A stretch of 64,000 nucleotides of DNA. Origin: Naegleria gruberi. Lineage: Eukaryota. Every line of letters starts with the position of its first letter. The first letter of the stretch is position 1. Location: the NCBI GenBank assembly GCA_000004985.1, contig GG738865.1. One strand, 5' to 3'. The notes beneath the pieces were generated by a model that worked only from the letters and a program-made list of their open reading frames with translations, searched no databases and was not told where the DNA came from. Positions 23,464-36,020 of the stretch are shown in pieces. A program made the translations under genes and the position numbers.

Positions 23464-24633
23464 TTAGTGCTTCTTATAATTATCGAGAATTTCTCTGAGA
23501 TGGAACTTTTTACGAATTATTGTCCTCACATCAGAGTGTTTGTATAATTGTTTCAAAAATGGAATGAGTTTCATCAATTCACGATCTTCCTTATCATCAA
23601 ACCAACTCAAAATTGGTATTCCGTTATCGATTTGATAACCGTATGCTTGTGGTGAGTTATCAACAATGCAAGTCTTGGAAAGATCACGTCCAAGTACTTC
23701 TAAATCCTTCAAATAGTTTCTCTCAACATCAATACAAGAATTTCTAAAAACTCTGTACTTGATGTACTTTCTTTCAGGATCAAGGATTGAAAGCAATTTA
23801 TCAGCATACACACTTTGTGATGCAGTGAAAACAACAACTTCGAAGATTTTTGATACAGCTTCCAAAAACTCAACAAAGTAAGGTCTCTTCCGCACGTAAA
23901 CTGTATATTCAACTCCATGGAAGAGTACAGTAAAGGTAAAGTCAGGATCAGGAATTGGTTCAGTGCTACAATGGACAAGAGTTTCATCAAGATCCAAAAC
24001 TAGGGTTATATCTGGTTGTGATAATTCTTTAGGTGGAAGACAATATTGATGAGGGGAGATCTTAGGTTTTGGTGGAAGGTGGGCAATAAAGTCAAATCTA
24101 TGAAAACGTTAGAACAACAAATGTTTTCATATGAAAATAAAACTTACGGATTGAATTCATCATCATCTTCATACTCAATATCTAATAATTGAGAGTATGA
24201 AAAATCATAAATATCTTCTTCATAGTCTTCTTCCTTTTGCATGACTTTTTCATCATAATTTACACCAAGAGTAATATCTGTGTCAGAGTCACTCAGAGAG
24301 AATCTTCGGGGTGAGAAGAGTTCATCTTCATTGGAGATGGTTGATGTAGAGTCAGAGTAAGAAAGTTTACGAAGAGCTAATGGAGAGGAAGATTTTGGAG
24401 TTGATGATTTTTGTTCTGTCTGATCGGCGTCATTTTCGTTTCCTTTTCGTTCTGTTATGGAGGAACAAAAGTTTGGACGTTATTATTGATTGTATAGAGT
24501 TGTTCATATGTTATCAGCAGATGGTTTGTTGTTGAATAGAGTTAGCATAAATACAGTAAAATAGATAGTTACTTTTTTGAGTTGGTTTGTTAGGAGAGGA
24601 GGTTATTATAAAAGCAGACTTTGGATTAGACAT
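23464..24633 (-). CDS. CTD small phosphatase / NIF (FCP1-homology) family protein; complement(join(23464..24097,24148..24451,24573..24633))
   Basis: Catalytic DxDxT motif [15 protein letters not shown], then conserved FCP1-homology core ([43 protein letters not shown]). Two introns (121 nt GTAACT..ACAG; 50 nt GTAAGT..ATAG) precede a short first exon ([20 protein letters not shown]). Confidence 0.7.
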
Positions 24634-25150
24634 TTTGGAAATCTAGGTACCTGAACAATGGAATAATTCGGATGATGAAACCGTTACGTAAATCCAATAA
24701 ACAGCAAGGTAGGATTGCTAGGTATTGTTCTGGTATTTTTTTTAATAAATTTTAAAACAATAATTTTTTAAAATAAAATTACTGATTTGCAACGTTTAAT
24801 TTTTTTTAGGAGGGAATATTTGTTGTGACAGGTTTTGAAAAGAATATTTTGAAAATATCGACAAAGAATGACTTTGATATAAATGATTACAAACCGAAGG
24901 TAAGGAATAGTTTTCCAGTTCGACTTCGAGATATTGATTGTTGAAATGATGTGTAATTATTTTGAACATTTCTTTGTGGATTACAAAATTCAATGGAATC
25001 ATTCTCTAATTATGTCTGCTCTCTTCACATCTATTAAGAGAATCAAAAAGACCAATCAATCAAATATATTTTCTGTAGTATTAAAGTGATTGGTTTATGG
25101 CGGGAAATAGAGCTGTTGATTAGGTTGTAAGCTAAACCAAAATCAAAAAA

Positions 25151-28100
25151 ATGCTTTCACTGAACAGAACACTATCATCATCGATTTTAACTCAATGTAA
25201 TAGGGTTGGCTCTCACACATTGTCTCTATCACACAGAGTGTCGAAAGCTTGTGGAAAATCCAATTTTAAAGTTATTCTTGGGGTGAATAATTATAACACA
25301 TCGGAATTGATAAACTGTGTTATTAAAAACAACAATCAGAGAAATTACACTCTTACACAAAAATTAAATGGAAAGAAGAAGGACGCTACAAATGATGAGG
25401 AAGAGGATGTTGTAGAACTAAAATCAATCACTACCGAAAGTGTTGATTTAAAAAATCAGAAATTTACTCCAATGATGAATCAATATTTCAAAATTAAAGA
25501 AAAACATTCGGATTATTTATTATTATTTAGAATGGGAGATTTTTATGAAATTTTCTTTGAAGATGCTGTTAAAGCTTCACAAGTTTTACATATTACAGTA
25601 TGTTTAATATTAGATTATGAAAGTATTGAATTTATTTAAATTAGTTGACTAAAAGAGGAAAGCATTTGGGACAAGATATTCCAATGTGTGGAATTCCACA
25701 CCATGCATTAGATGCCTATTTACAAAAATTAATTAAGAATGGTGTTGTAGTTGCTATTTGTGATCAAGTAGAGGATCCAGCCGAAGCCAAGAAGAATAAG
25801 AAAATAGTCGAGAGACAAATTACTAGATTGTAAGTATTAATTTGAATTGGAATTCATTACTCAACTAATATAGAGTAACACCAGGAACATTGACAGAGGA
25901 TAGATTTTTGGAAGCAAGTGAACACAATTATTTAGCTGCTATTGGATTGCCAGAAAAATTCTCAACCAATGACGAAAATCATAAGGAGCAACAGGTTACT
26001 CTTTCATGGGTTGAATTATCGACTGGTGAATTTAATTATTTGAATTGTTCCTGTATGTAACAACCTTAATTATTATTTTAATATTTCAAGTTGGTAATTT
26101 ACAATCGGAGTTATTGAGATTGAGTCCAAGTGAAATTTTGATTCCTTCCAACTTTGAATACGTATTCAAGGTAAGACTGGAGGAATACCATGTCACTCTC
26201 AGAAAACCAGCTTCATATCAACACTATGCAAATTTCATTCAAAATCATTTCAAATTGGACAAGCTTTCAAGTTATAGTGGTGTAAGTTATTTAATAATAT
26301 TAATTTCTCATTATCAAATAGTTGGACATAACTACATGTGGAATGATTTTGGACTATGTTAAAGAAACTCAAAAAGGTCAAATGCCAACACTTAGTACAC
26401 CTGAAAAATTCAAAATGGAAAGAAATATGTCTATTGACTTGGCAACCAGAAAAAGTTTGGAACTCACACGGACCCTATCAGGATCTAGGAAGGGAAGCTT
26501 ACTTTCAATTATTGATAAATGTGTAACAGCACCAGGTGCTAGATTATTGTCGAATCGATTGGCCTCACCATTGGCTGTTCCTTCCGAGATTGAGGATAGA
26601 TTGGATTGTGTAGAATATCTCACTGAAGATAAAGTTCTCATTGATCAAATCAGAGACTATCTGAAGAATTGCTACGACATTGAAAGAGCCATTCAAAGAT
26701 TGAGCATGAGCAGAGGTTCACCAAAGGATCTTTTCACAGTTGCAGCAACGGTTTCACAATGTCAACAACTGAAGGAAATTATTTTGGAAAATGAGGCGAG
26801 GAGACATACCAAATTACCAACAGTGTTGGCCAAAGTAGTGGAAGAATTGAATTCGGATGTCCAACTCGAGGCGATGAACGAGATTTTATCCGCCATGAAA
26901 GAGTACGAGGACCTACCTACTTCTGTAAGTGAGGGAGGCTTCATTAGGGTTGGATATTCAACAGAGCTTGACGAATGGCTCAAATTGAGTCAACACAGTG
27001 AAACCCTTATTCAAGATCTCCAAAAGGAATATAAGGACAAGACTGGAATTAGTACATTGAAAATTAAGAATAACAATGTGATGGGTTACTTTGTAGAAAT
27101 TCCAAGCTCACAACGTGATAGAATTCTTCCATTTAAGGAGTTTTCACACAAGCAAACCATGACTAATGTAGTTCGTTTCAAGACTGACAAGCTAGAAGAA
27201 TTGCAAGAAAAACTTGGAAAGGCACAACAAGAAGCCATCGATATGGAGCTGAAAATCTTCTTCCAGCTTCAAAAGAAATTACTAATAATTGCCAAAACAC
27301 TACTCTCCTCTGCTCAATCTATTGCCTCAATTGACTTGTATTCATCTTTGGCTTTGCTGGCAAGAGAGAGAAGCTATACGAGACCTAATGTAACACCATT
27401 CATTGAGTCTGAAGAGTTGGAAAAATCGAAAAAGAAAGTTCCAATCCTCAATATTCAAAAAGGTAGACATCCAATTGTTGAATATGCACAACAAGTCGGA
27501 GGAGCCACCATTGACAAGTCAAAGTTGGGTAAGAATGTAGGATTGACCTTTGTATCCAATGATTGTACAATGTTTAATAATGAGAATAGACTCATGCTTT
27601 TAACAGGTGCAAACATGGCAGGAAAAAGTACATACCTCAGACAGAATGCCCTCATTATTATTTTAGCTCAGATGGGATGTTTTGTTCCAGCTCAAAAGGC
27701 AGAATTTATGGTGGTTGACAAGATTTTCAGTCGTGTTGGTGCCTCTGATAATCTTGCCAATGATCAATCGACATTTATGGTTGAAATGGTTGAGACTGCT
27801 AATATTCTCAATCAAGCAACCAATAAGAGTTTCGTAATTATGGATGAATTAGGAAGAGGAACATCAGTTCTAGAGGGTTTGAGTATTGCCACAGCTGTTA
27901 TTCAACATTTACACAATAAGATTCAATGCAGAGCTCTATTCGCCACTCATTTCCACGAGCTCATTGAGAAGGCAAAGGAATTGAAATTTATGAAACCCTA
28001 CAAGTTGGAAGTACGAGTTAACAAATCCAATAATATCACGTTCACATACAAGATAGTTCCAGATGAGATTATTGATGGACAAAGTGCTGCATCAACTCAT

Positions 28101-28202
28101 TCGTCCTATGCCATTCAAGTTGCTAAATTGGCTGGTGTACCATCTATTGTAACAGATGAGGCAGAAAAGATTTTAGCAAAATTAAAGGCAGAGAGAAAGT
28201 AA
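25151..28202 (+). CDS. msh1: Bacterial-type DNA mismatch repair protein MutS (mitochondrial MSH1-like); approx join(25151..25597,25645..25829,25875..26052,26091..26281,26322..28202)
   Basis: MutS domain I nearly collinear with E. coli MutS ([108 protein letters not shown]). Walker A ([13 protein letters not shown]) and helix-turn-helix motifs are in the last exon. The N-terminal R/S-rich extension looks like a mitochondrial presequence. Four short introns (47-48 nt) with GTATGT/GTAAGT donors. Confidence 0.85.
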
Positions 28203-28476
28203 GGAATGCTCAAAAATCTCTTGGAAAACAGCCGGTAACGTGTCCTTAAAATTATGTGGCTACATTATTGACAGGCGCACTGAAACACACAGAAGAGTGT
28301 CTTTGTCACTTGTCAGGCCTTGTCACTATCATTAAAAAAAATTATCATCACAACTGTGTTATCCAGTTAAAACACATCACAACGATAATCATAAAAACAA
28401 CACCACAACAACAAAACAACTGTAAAACAATAATTAACTACTAGATAACAATAACTACGGACTAAATCACATAAAA

Positions 28477-31400
28477 ATGTCCTCCCTATTCAATCGTTTC
28501 AAAAAGAATAACAGCAATGCAGAGAATAAATTTGAACAACAACGTAACGCCAATCGTAAAACACTACAACCTCAGGATTTGACCTCGACCCAAAGTGAAA
28601 TCAGTGCTCATGACAAGTCGGGTTCACTCTCAATTCCATCAAGTAATACTGCCAGTAGTGGTTCTCTAGCCTATTATGAGGAAGGAGCATCAGTGAATGC
28701 CATGACTCAACTCTCAAACAAAAACAGTAAGAAGGGAGATAACAACAAGGAAAAGATGCCACCACCAGAGGAAATTGTTGCTCAATTTGAAAAGTTGTTG
28801 AAATATCAAGGTATTACACCAACTGAAAAACGATACAAATTGATGATTATGAAACCTTTGGAAGAAAAGTGGAAATTGGTTAAAATTATGCAAAATACAA
28901 AGAAGGAAGCTGATAAATTGCATACCATCAAGGACACTCCTGAATATATTGTACATCGTTTGAAAGATGAACCAACACTTGGTTCAGTTACTGAATTGAT
29001 CAGTCTCTTAAAGGGAGCTAAATCAGAGGATTGGATTCGTAAATTCTTGGATTTACAAGGTTTGGAGTGTTTATTTCAAATACTGGTAGAAAGTTGTGAT
29101 CAACAAATTAGAGAACAGTATGTTTTTGTTAACATTTTCAATAATTTATTGAATGTAACATTATTCAATTGATTATAATCCTTTTTTGGACATTTTTGTA
29201 ACTTTTTCAATATTTGTAATGTCCTCCAATGATTTTTAACACAGAGGTGGTAATATTCACGAAGAATTTTCTGATGATGAAGCACAACCTGAGGAAGAAG
29301 AAAATGAAGAGGAAGAAGATGGACTCGAAGATGAGGAAAAGAAGGAAGAAACTGGTTCCGAACAAGTGGAAACCAAGTCTTTGGATCCAAAGAGTAAACC
29401 ACCTCCACCTATGCTTCCACCAAGAATTGAAACTAAATCAAAGCGTGAAGATCCATACGATGCTCTTCAAGCTGAATGTGTCAGAGCACTTCGTGCATTG
29501 ATGAATACCACTCTTGGTCTTAATGCCTTTTTGCAAAGTAAGGACAAGTCAGTGTTAACTGTCACCAAGATTTTGGATTCCAGAAATATCAAAACCAAAA
29601 CTCAAGTTTTCTTCTTGTTGGCAACTATTTGTAGATTCGAACAAGGTTTTTGGATTGCTATCGATGCTATGAACAAGTACAAGTTGAATAGAAAGGAACG
29701 TGCTAGATTCCAAACCATTGTTCGTTTATTGAAGAAGAAGGTTGAAGTGAGTGATGAAACTATTTTACTCAAAACTTCAATTATTGTTTTCATTAACTCT
29801 TTAATTAATTCTCCACAAGATGCTTCATTGAAGAAACAATTGAGAAAGGAATTTGTTGATCTTAAAATGATTGAAATCAGTGAACAATTGAAAGCTTTGG
29901 ATCTTGACGATACTTTAACAATGCAACTTTCATTCTTCGAAGAGGAAGTTCAAGATATTGAAGATGCTGAAGAGGAGGAAGAAGAGCTAGATCTCGACGC
30001 ATTGGAAGATCCTATGGAAATTCTCAAACTTATTAGAGTTCAATTGGGTGGTTCTCAAGCTTTCGAATATTTCGTTAAAATCCTTCAATACTTTTTAATC
30101 ATTTCCGGTAAATCAAATGAAAAGGAAAAATCAAAGAATATGAATATTCTCTTGACAATGATCAAGAAGGCTGTTGCTTTCAAGGAAGATGGTGGAGTTG
30201 AAGAAGTCAGTGTTAAGGAATTGCAATTAGCTGATCGTGTTGAAACTCAACAACGTAAGATTACACAACTCGAAACTAGATTCTTGAAATTGGCAGAAAT
30301 GTTAAAGACTGGTAAAATTGATGATAAGGTTATTGAAAAATTCATTAGTTTGACATCTAAGGACACAAGAGAAAGCTTTAACAAATCAGTTGAAAGTATG
30401 GATCCTAGTGAGTTACAAGAAGAATTCCTCAAAGATGCCGAAGAATTACTTGTAAAGGTTAAGTCAAAAGGTGGATTTGATTTGGATACTTCAAATGCTC
30501 CAGAAGATTTAAAGAAACACTTGAAGAAACTCGAAACTGAGCTCAAATTTATGACTTATAAGGCCAAACAATTAGAGAAACAATTACAATCTGGAGGTGG
30601 AGGAAAAGGTGGAGGTGGTTCTGGTGGAGGATCAGGTGGAGGCGGCTCAGTAGGTTCAGGAGAAGCAAGCTCTGGTGATTCAGGATCTGAGGTGCCCTTC
30701 AGGTGAAGGTGGTTCAACAGGAGGTGATTCATCTGTTCCATCCATACCAACAATTCCAGTTGCAACTGAAGGCATTCCATTGCCACCTGGTATGGGAGTT
30801 CCTCCACCACCTGGTATGGGAATTCCACCACCACCTGGTATGGGCGGTATTCCACCACCACCAGGATCAGGTATTCCATTGCCACCTGGCGTTCCACCAC
30901 CACCTGGCATGGGAGGAATTCCAATGCCACCTGGAGTTCCTATGCCACCTGGTATGGGTATTCCTGGTATTCCAGGTATTCCACAAGGATACGTTCCACC
31001 AAAATTACCAACCTATAAGAGTACTGCTGTAATGAAGGGTGTCTTTTGGAGTAAGGTACCAGTTCAACAATTGAAGGACTCTATCTGGATTAAGAAGGAT
31101 ATTGTCACTGGATTGGAAGGTATTGAATTGGAAACAACAGAATTGGAAAAGCTCTTTGCTAAGAAGGAATCTATTGTATTGGAAACTAACACAAAGAAAC
31201 CAGAAAAGGTTACCCTCATTGATCCAAAGAAGGCCCAAAACTCTGCCATCGTTCTCGGTTCTATGAGATTGGACCACGATGATATTAAATTATCCATGTT
31301 GAGAATGGATGAAGGTGTTTTGGCTCCAGAAAATATCAAGGCCCTCAAGGACATGGTTCCTACAGCCGATGAAAGACAAGCTCTCAGTGATTATAATGGT

Positions 31401-32567
31401 GATTTCAACATGTTGGGAACAACTGAACAATTCTTGAGTAAGGTCATGGATATTCCAAGACTCGAAGAAAGATTAGAAAGTTGGTTGATCAAACTCAAAT
31501 TCCCTGCCAGTGTTTCCTCAATTGAACCAGATATTGAAACTATCATTTCTTGTTGCAAACAATTACAACAAGGTAAAAAATTCCACAAAGTTTTGCAAGT
31601 CATTTTGGCTATTGGTAACTTTATCAATGGTAACAAGAAGGCAGTTCACGGTTTCCAAATCAATGCCCTTCCAAAGTTGAAGGACACAAAGGCAACAGGT
31701 GCTAAGATTAATATGCTCGATTATATTGTTCAATTTTTGGAGAAGAATCATCCAGAAACTCTCAATTTTGGTGATGACCTTTCTGCTCTTAAGGGTGCTG
31801 AAAGAGTTTCAATTCAAGGTATCACTTCTGAATTGAATGAAATGAAGAATGGTGTCAATTTTGTTGGTAGAGAAATTGAAAAGTCAGATTTAGACACAGA
31901 ATTCGACAAGTTTAGAGAAGTCATGGTTGACTTTTTAGATTTTGCCTCTGAAAAGGTTGAAACATTCGAAAATCAAATTAAGGAAATGCAAACTCAAATT
32001 GAAAAGATTCAAATCTTGTTTGCTGAAGATTCTAAGAAATTCACACCAGAATCTTTCTTTGCTGGTATCAATACTTTCATTACCGACTTTAAATTGGCTC
32101 ATGCTGAAATTTTGAGAAAGAGAGATATCGAAAAGAAGAAACTCGAAAAGGAACAAAAAGACAAGGAAAGACAACAAAAGGTTATGGACTCGAGAAAGAA
32201 GAAAGAAGAAACCAAAAAGATCGAAAGAGAATCAATCTCTGCCCAAACACCAAACGAAGAGGATGGACAACCAGAAGAAAAGGGTGTCCTCGATAAGACA
32301 CTCGATTCACTCATGGATGGTTCTGGTTTCAGAAAAGGAGTTTCTGCCAACAAGAAGAAGAAGGCAGCTCAATTAAATGCAGTCAACCTTATCCAAGAAT
32401 TGGAAACCAAAAAGCTAGGCTCTCCATCTAACGAAGAAAATTCAACAACAACCCCTCAATCACTGGCCTCACCAAAAGCTCAAGATGAACAAATAACAAC
32501 ACCAAGAGGACTTGCAAAAGCTCCAAGTAAGAGAAGACTTAAGAATGGTGGCGATGATGAATTGTAA
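28477..32567 (+). CDS. Diaphanous-related formin (GBD/FH3 - coiled coil - Gly/Ser linker - FH1 polyproline - FH2 - C-terminal basic tail). Intron 29118..29244; unresolved frame change near 30690-30706
   Basis: FH1: IPLPPGMGVPPPPGMGIPPPPGMGGIPPPPGSGIPLPPGVPPPPGMGGIPMPPG. FH2 begins KGVFWSKVPVQQLKDSIWIKKD. ORFs 28477..29172 and 29366..30706 are joined by a 127-nt GTATGT..ACAG intron. The ORF runs in frame 2 up to 30706 and continues in frame 0 from 30654. Confidence 0.8.
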
Positions 32568-32796
32568 ATAAAAAAACTCCCTTAATTAGTTCAATTATAC
32601 AAATAATGAAAATTTCCTTAATAATATCTTATACTTTCCAAAGATATTCATAAAATAGATGCATTGAATATTATCTTTGTTTGGTAGTTGAACAATTATA
32701 TGAGTTTCTTATTAATTTCATAAACCAATCATTAAAAAATGAAAAGACAACGTTCTTTGTCGGATTCATCAGCTTCCTCATCATCAGCATTATCCG

Positions 32797-33129
32797 ATGC
32801 AGAAGGCCCCTCCTACAAAATATGTTTTTGTAGAACAACCAAATGAACAACAGTTGGAATTATTATTGTCTTCTGATGAAGAAGATTATCAAACTTCGGA
32901 GGAGGATTATGAAGATTATTATGATGATCCGTTGACTGATGATGAATTTGATGATGTAGAATATGATTCTGATGGTTCTGGCAATGATTCCGATCCATCA
33001 GACGATTTTTTGGCACAATTGGGTTTACCAATGGGTTTACCAGCTGGATTAGGGTTACCAATCTTTACTGGTGGTACAATTGGCTCAAACTATCCTCAAA
33101 TCTTCCATTTGGTCCATTTGCATCAATGA
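32797..33129 (+). CDS. Small highly acidic ORF (110 aa). Possibly an independent gene or the 5' part of the downstream gene
   Basis: ATG-initiated D/E/Y-rich ORF ending in TGA that overlaps the ATG of ORF 33126..35327 (ATGA). No clean in-phase intron was found. Confidence 0.3.
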   Translation: MQKAPPTKYVFVEQPNEQQLELLLSSDEEDYQTSEEDYEDYYDDPLTDDEFDDVEYDSDGSGNDSDPSDDFLAQLGLPMGLPAGLGLPIFTGGTIGSNYPQIFHLVHLHQ

Positions 33130-35327
33130 GAGAATTTCAAATGCGTGATTTCTTCTTGTTTACTGATGGATTTTTAAAAAGTTATAAAGGAAACTTAGAA
33201 GAACTCAAACAACAGATTGATAGTAGAAATGGAAGAGTTGTAAATAATGCAGAAGCATTCTTTAGAGTAATATTGCTGTCAAGTATGAGTAGACGATATT
33301 GTGAACAATATGAAAAGTACAAATATCTTATGAGTTTGGGAGAGCAAAAAACTGAAGAAGAATGGAAGAGTTTATGCACTACAGATGAGCTTCAACTGTT
33401 CAAAACAGATTCAAAATCCCCAATGTCACCTTCAAAATTTCAGATGTTGAACGCAACTATATACTTGATTTGCACTGAAGATGAGGCAAGAGCGGCCACT
33501 CCACTGTTTACTATGGTAAATTCGTTTACTGATTTTAGTGACCTACCTCATGCAAATATCTTCGCTGAGAAGGGACTTGAGGCCTATTTGAATAATCCAA
33601 GGTCATTGATGATTCCTAGAATGTTTAAGCTTACCAACCCTATTCCTCTTACAAAACACTATGCCATTATGGCAGAATCTGCTGAAAAGAAAGAAGAAAT
33701 ACGTAAATTTTTACTTCAAAACGGTGCACCACATGTAATTGATAATGTGATGGGACCAGAAATTATACTAGACTATAATTCTTTCTGTGTAGTGTATAGT
33801 GATGCTATACCTGACATTATAGCTCATAATGCAGAAACATTGAATTATGAAGCAATTAGCATTGGTATTACGAGTTCTTTTAATGAATTCTACTCATACT
33901 CCTCTGTTGTTCATGCAGTCAATAGTTTGACCAATATTCCACACTCTCCTTTCGTAGAAAAGTACAGACCTTTGCTATTGAAAAACATACCAATTAAGAG
34001 TTTAGTATTATACTACAGAACCCACAGTAGAAAAATGATACCTGAAGATCAATTCCAACAATTTCCAACAATTTCTCCATCTGAAAGAATATCTACCATC
34101 CTTCCTAATGAAGTATTCTTTGTAATCCTAAAATTTTTACCAGTCAATGATATCATGAATAATTTTTCGATTACCTGTAAAAAAGCAAGGAAAATGAGCT
34201 TTGCAGACTACTTGTGGAAGGATATTTGTCTTGCCTATGCTTCCAATTATCCATTCCTGAAACCATTTACAAAAGAGGAAAATCTGACGAGAACCAAGCT
34301 TCCTCACTATTACATATTCAGAAATATCATTAACCCAATTTTAATTGATTACAAATTGGTCACAAACTATATCAATTCTGTATGTAAGGAAGAGCCAGAT
34401 ATTTTCAAACTCGATGTATTCAATAATACTGTAACAACGGCTCTGTACATGGACAGGTATGGCATAGAAGACTCTGAAATCAGTGTTGGTGCAACTAAAA
34501 TGTTTGGAAGTGCTGATCTGCCGCCATGTCTTTACAACACTAAATATGCCACAACTCCTTTATTGTTACAATTGAATATTACCGATTTGAGATCAAAGGG
34601 TATTGGAATACTTTCATTGGAAAATTCTCCATTCAAACACCTGTTCCCACAATCTGGTATCTTGTACTTCTTTAAAGACATGAGCACAGGAAAATCAGAT
34701 GATGGACTTTTATTGCATTATGATGGTGATTTGAGTGAGTTGAAGAGAACAAACGGACAAGAGTTGGCATCAGCTGTTAATTTCTATGAAGCTTTATGTG
34801 TTCCGAAGAGATCTGAAATGGGTTGGAGTAAATCTATTTCCTTAGCTTCTCTAATCACTCCACGTAATAGAGATTTTATGGATGAGTTTGGTGTCGATGA
34901 TTTTGTTTCACAATTGATTCATGCCAAGTTTATTCGTGAAGATGTAACAAAATTGTTTGGAGAATTGGGCTGTTTTACTGAGGGCGAATGGTATGGTGGT
35001 TTTCATGGTGGTTTTAATGATGATCCAGATGATGAAATTTCTCATTCAAGATGCTTAGATAAGTATGTCGATTTGAGACATATGCTTGCTCCAATCTTCC
35101 AGTTGAGTGGAAAATTTAGTATGGGTAGACGAATGGAAGCAATAGGTTTTGCTGCCCTAGTGAATACGAATGATAGACATGCAATGTGGAAGCCATTGAA
35201 TCCAAATATGCCAAATGTCTACACTTTAGATGAATGTTATTGCTCAGATTTTTTCAATCAGGTACCAGCGAAATTCAGAAAAGCCTTCAAAACACTTATT
35301 AAAGAATTTAAACGTGCAGAGTTTTAA
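33126..35327 (+). CDS. Hypothetical 733-aa protein with an internal F-box-like motif
   Basis: Long ATG-initiated ORF. F-box-like segment ISTILPNEVFFVILKFLPVNDIMNNFSITCKKARKM. No other domain recognised. Confidence 0.55.
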   Translation: MREFQMRDFFLFTDGFLKSYKGNLEELKQQIDSRNGRVVNNAEAFFRVILLSSMSRRYCEQYEKYKYLMSLGEQKTEEEWKSLCTTDELQLFKTDSKSPMSPSKFQMLNATIYLICTEDEARAATPLFTMVNSFTDFSDLPHANIFAEKGLEAYLNNPRSLMIPRMFKLTNPIPLTKHYAIMAESAEKKEEIRKFLLQNGAPHVIDNVMGPEIILDYNSFCVVYSDAIPDIIAHNAETLNYEAISIGITSSFNEFYSYSSVVHAVNSLTNIPHSPFVEKYRPLLLKNIPIKSLVLYYRTHSRKMIPEDQFQQFPTISPSERISTILPNEVFFVILKFLPVNDIMNNFSITCKKARKMSFADYLWKDICLAYASNYPFLKPFTKEENLTRTKLPHYYIFRNIINPILIDYKLVTNYINSVCKEEPDIFKLDVFNNTVTTALYMDRYGIEDSEISVGATKMFGSADLPPCLYNTKYATTPLLLQLNITDLRSKGIGILSLENSPFKHLFPQSGILYFFKDMSTGKSDDGLLLHYDGDLSELKRTNGQELASAVNFYEALCVPKRSEMGWSKSISLASLITPRNRDFMDEFGVDDFVSQLIHAKFIREDVTKLFGELGCFTEGEWYGGFHGGFNDDPDDEISHSRCLDKYVDLRHMLAPIFQLSGKFSMGRRMEAIGFAALVNTNDRHAMWKPLNPNMPNVYTLDECYCSDFFNQVPAKFRKAFKTLIKEFKRAEF

Positions 35328-35383
35328 TAATAAATTTTAAAGCCTTTACACATTCTTGTATTAACTGAATCAAAAAAAACAAC

Positions 35384-36016
<633 letters not shown>

Positions 36017-36020
<4 letters not shown>

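Noticed and set aside
26045-26362. 105-aa ORF overlapping MutS exons 3-4
   Set aside because: It is the MutS reading frame itself, running through exon 4 and on into the following intron. It is part of msh1, not a separate gene.
30556-30930. Minus-strand 124-aa ORF (plus ORF 30680..30910) rich in PPPP/GGG
   Set aside because: It is the antisense and other-frame shadow of the formin FH1 polyproline-coding repeat (CCA CCA CCT GGT ATG GG..). It is not an independent gene.
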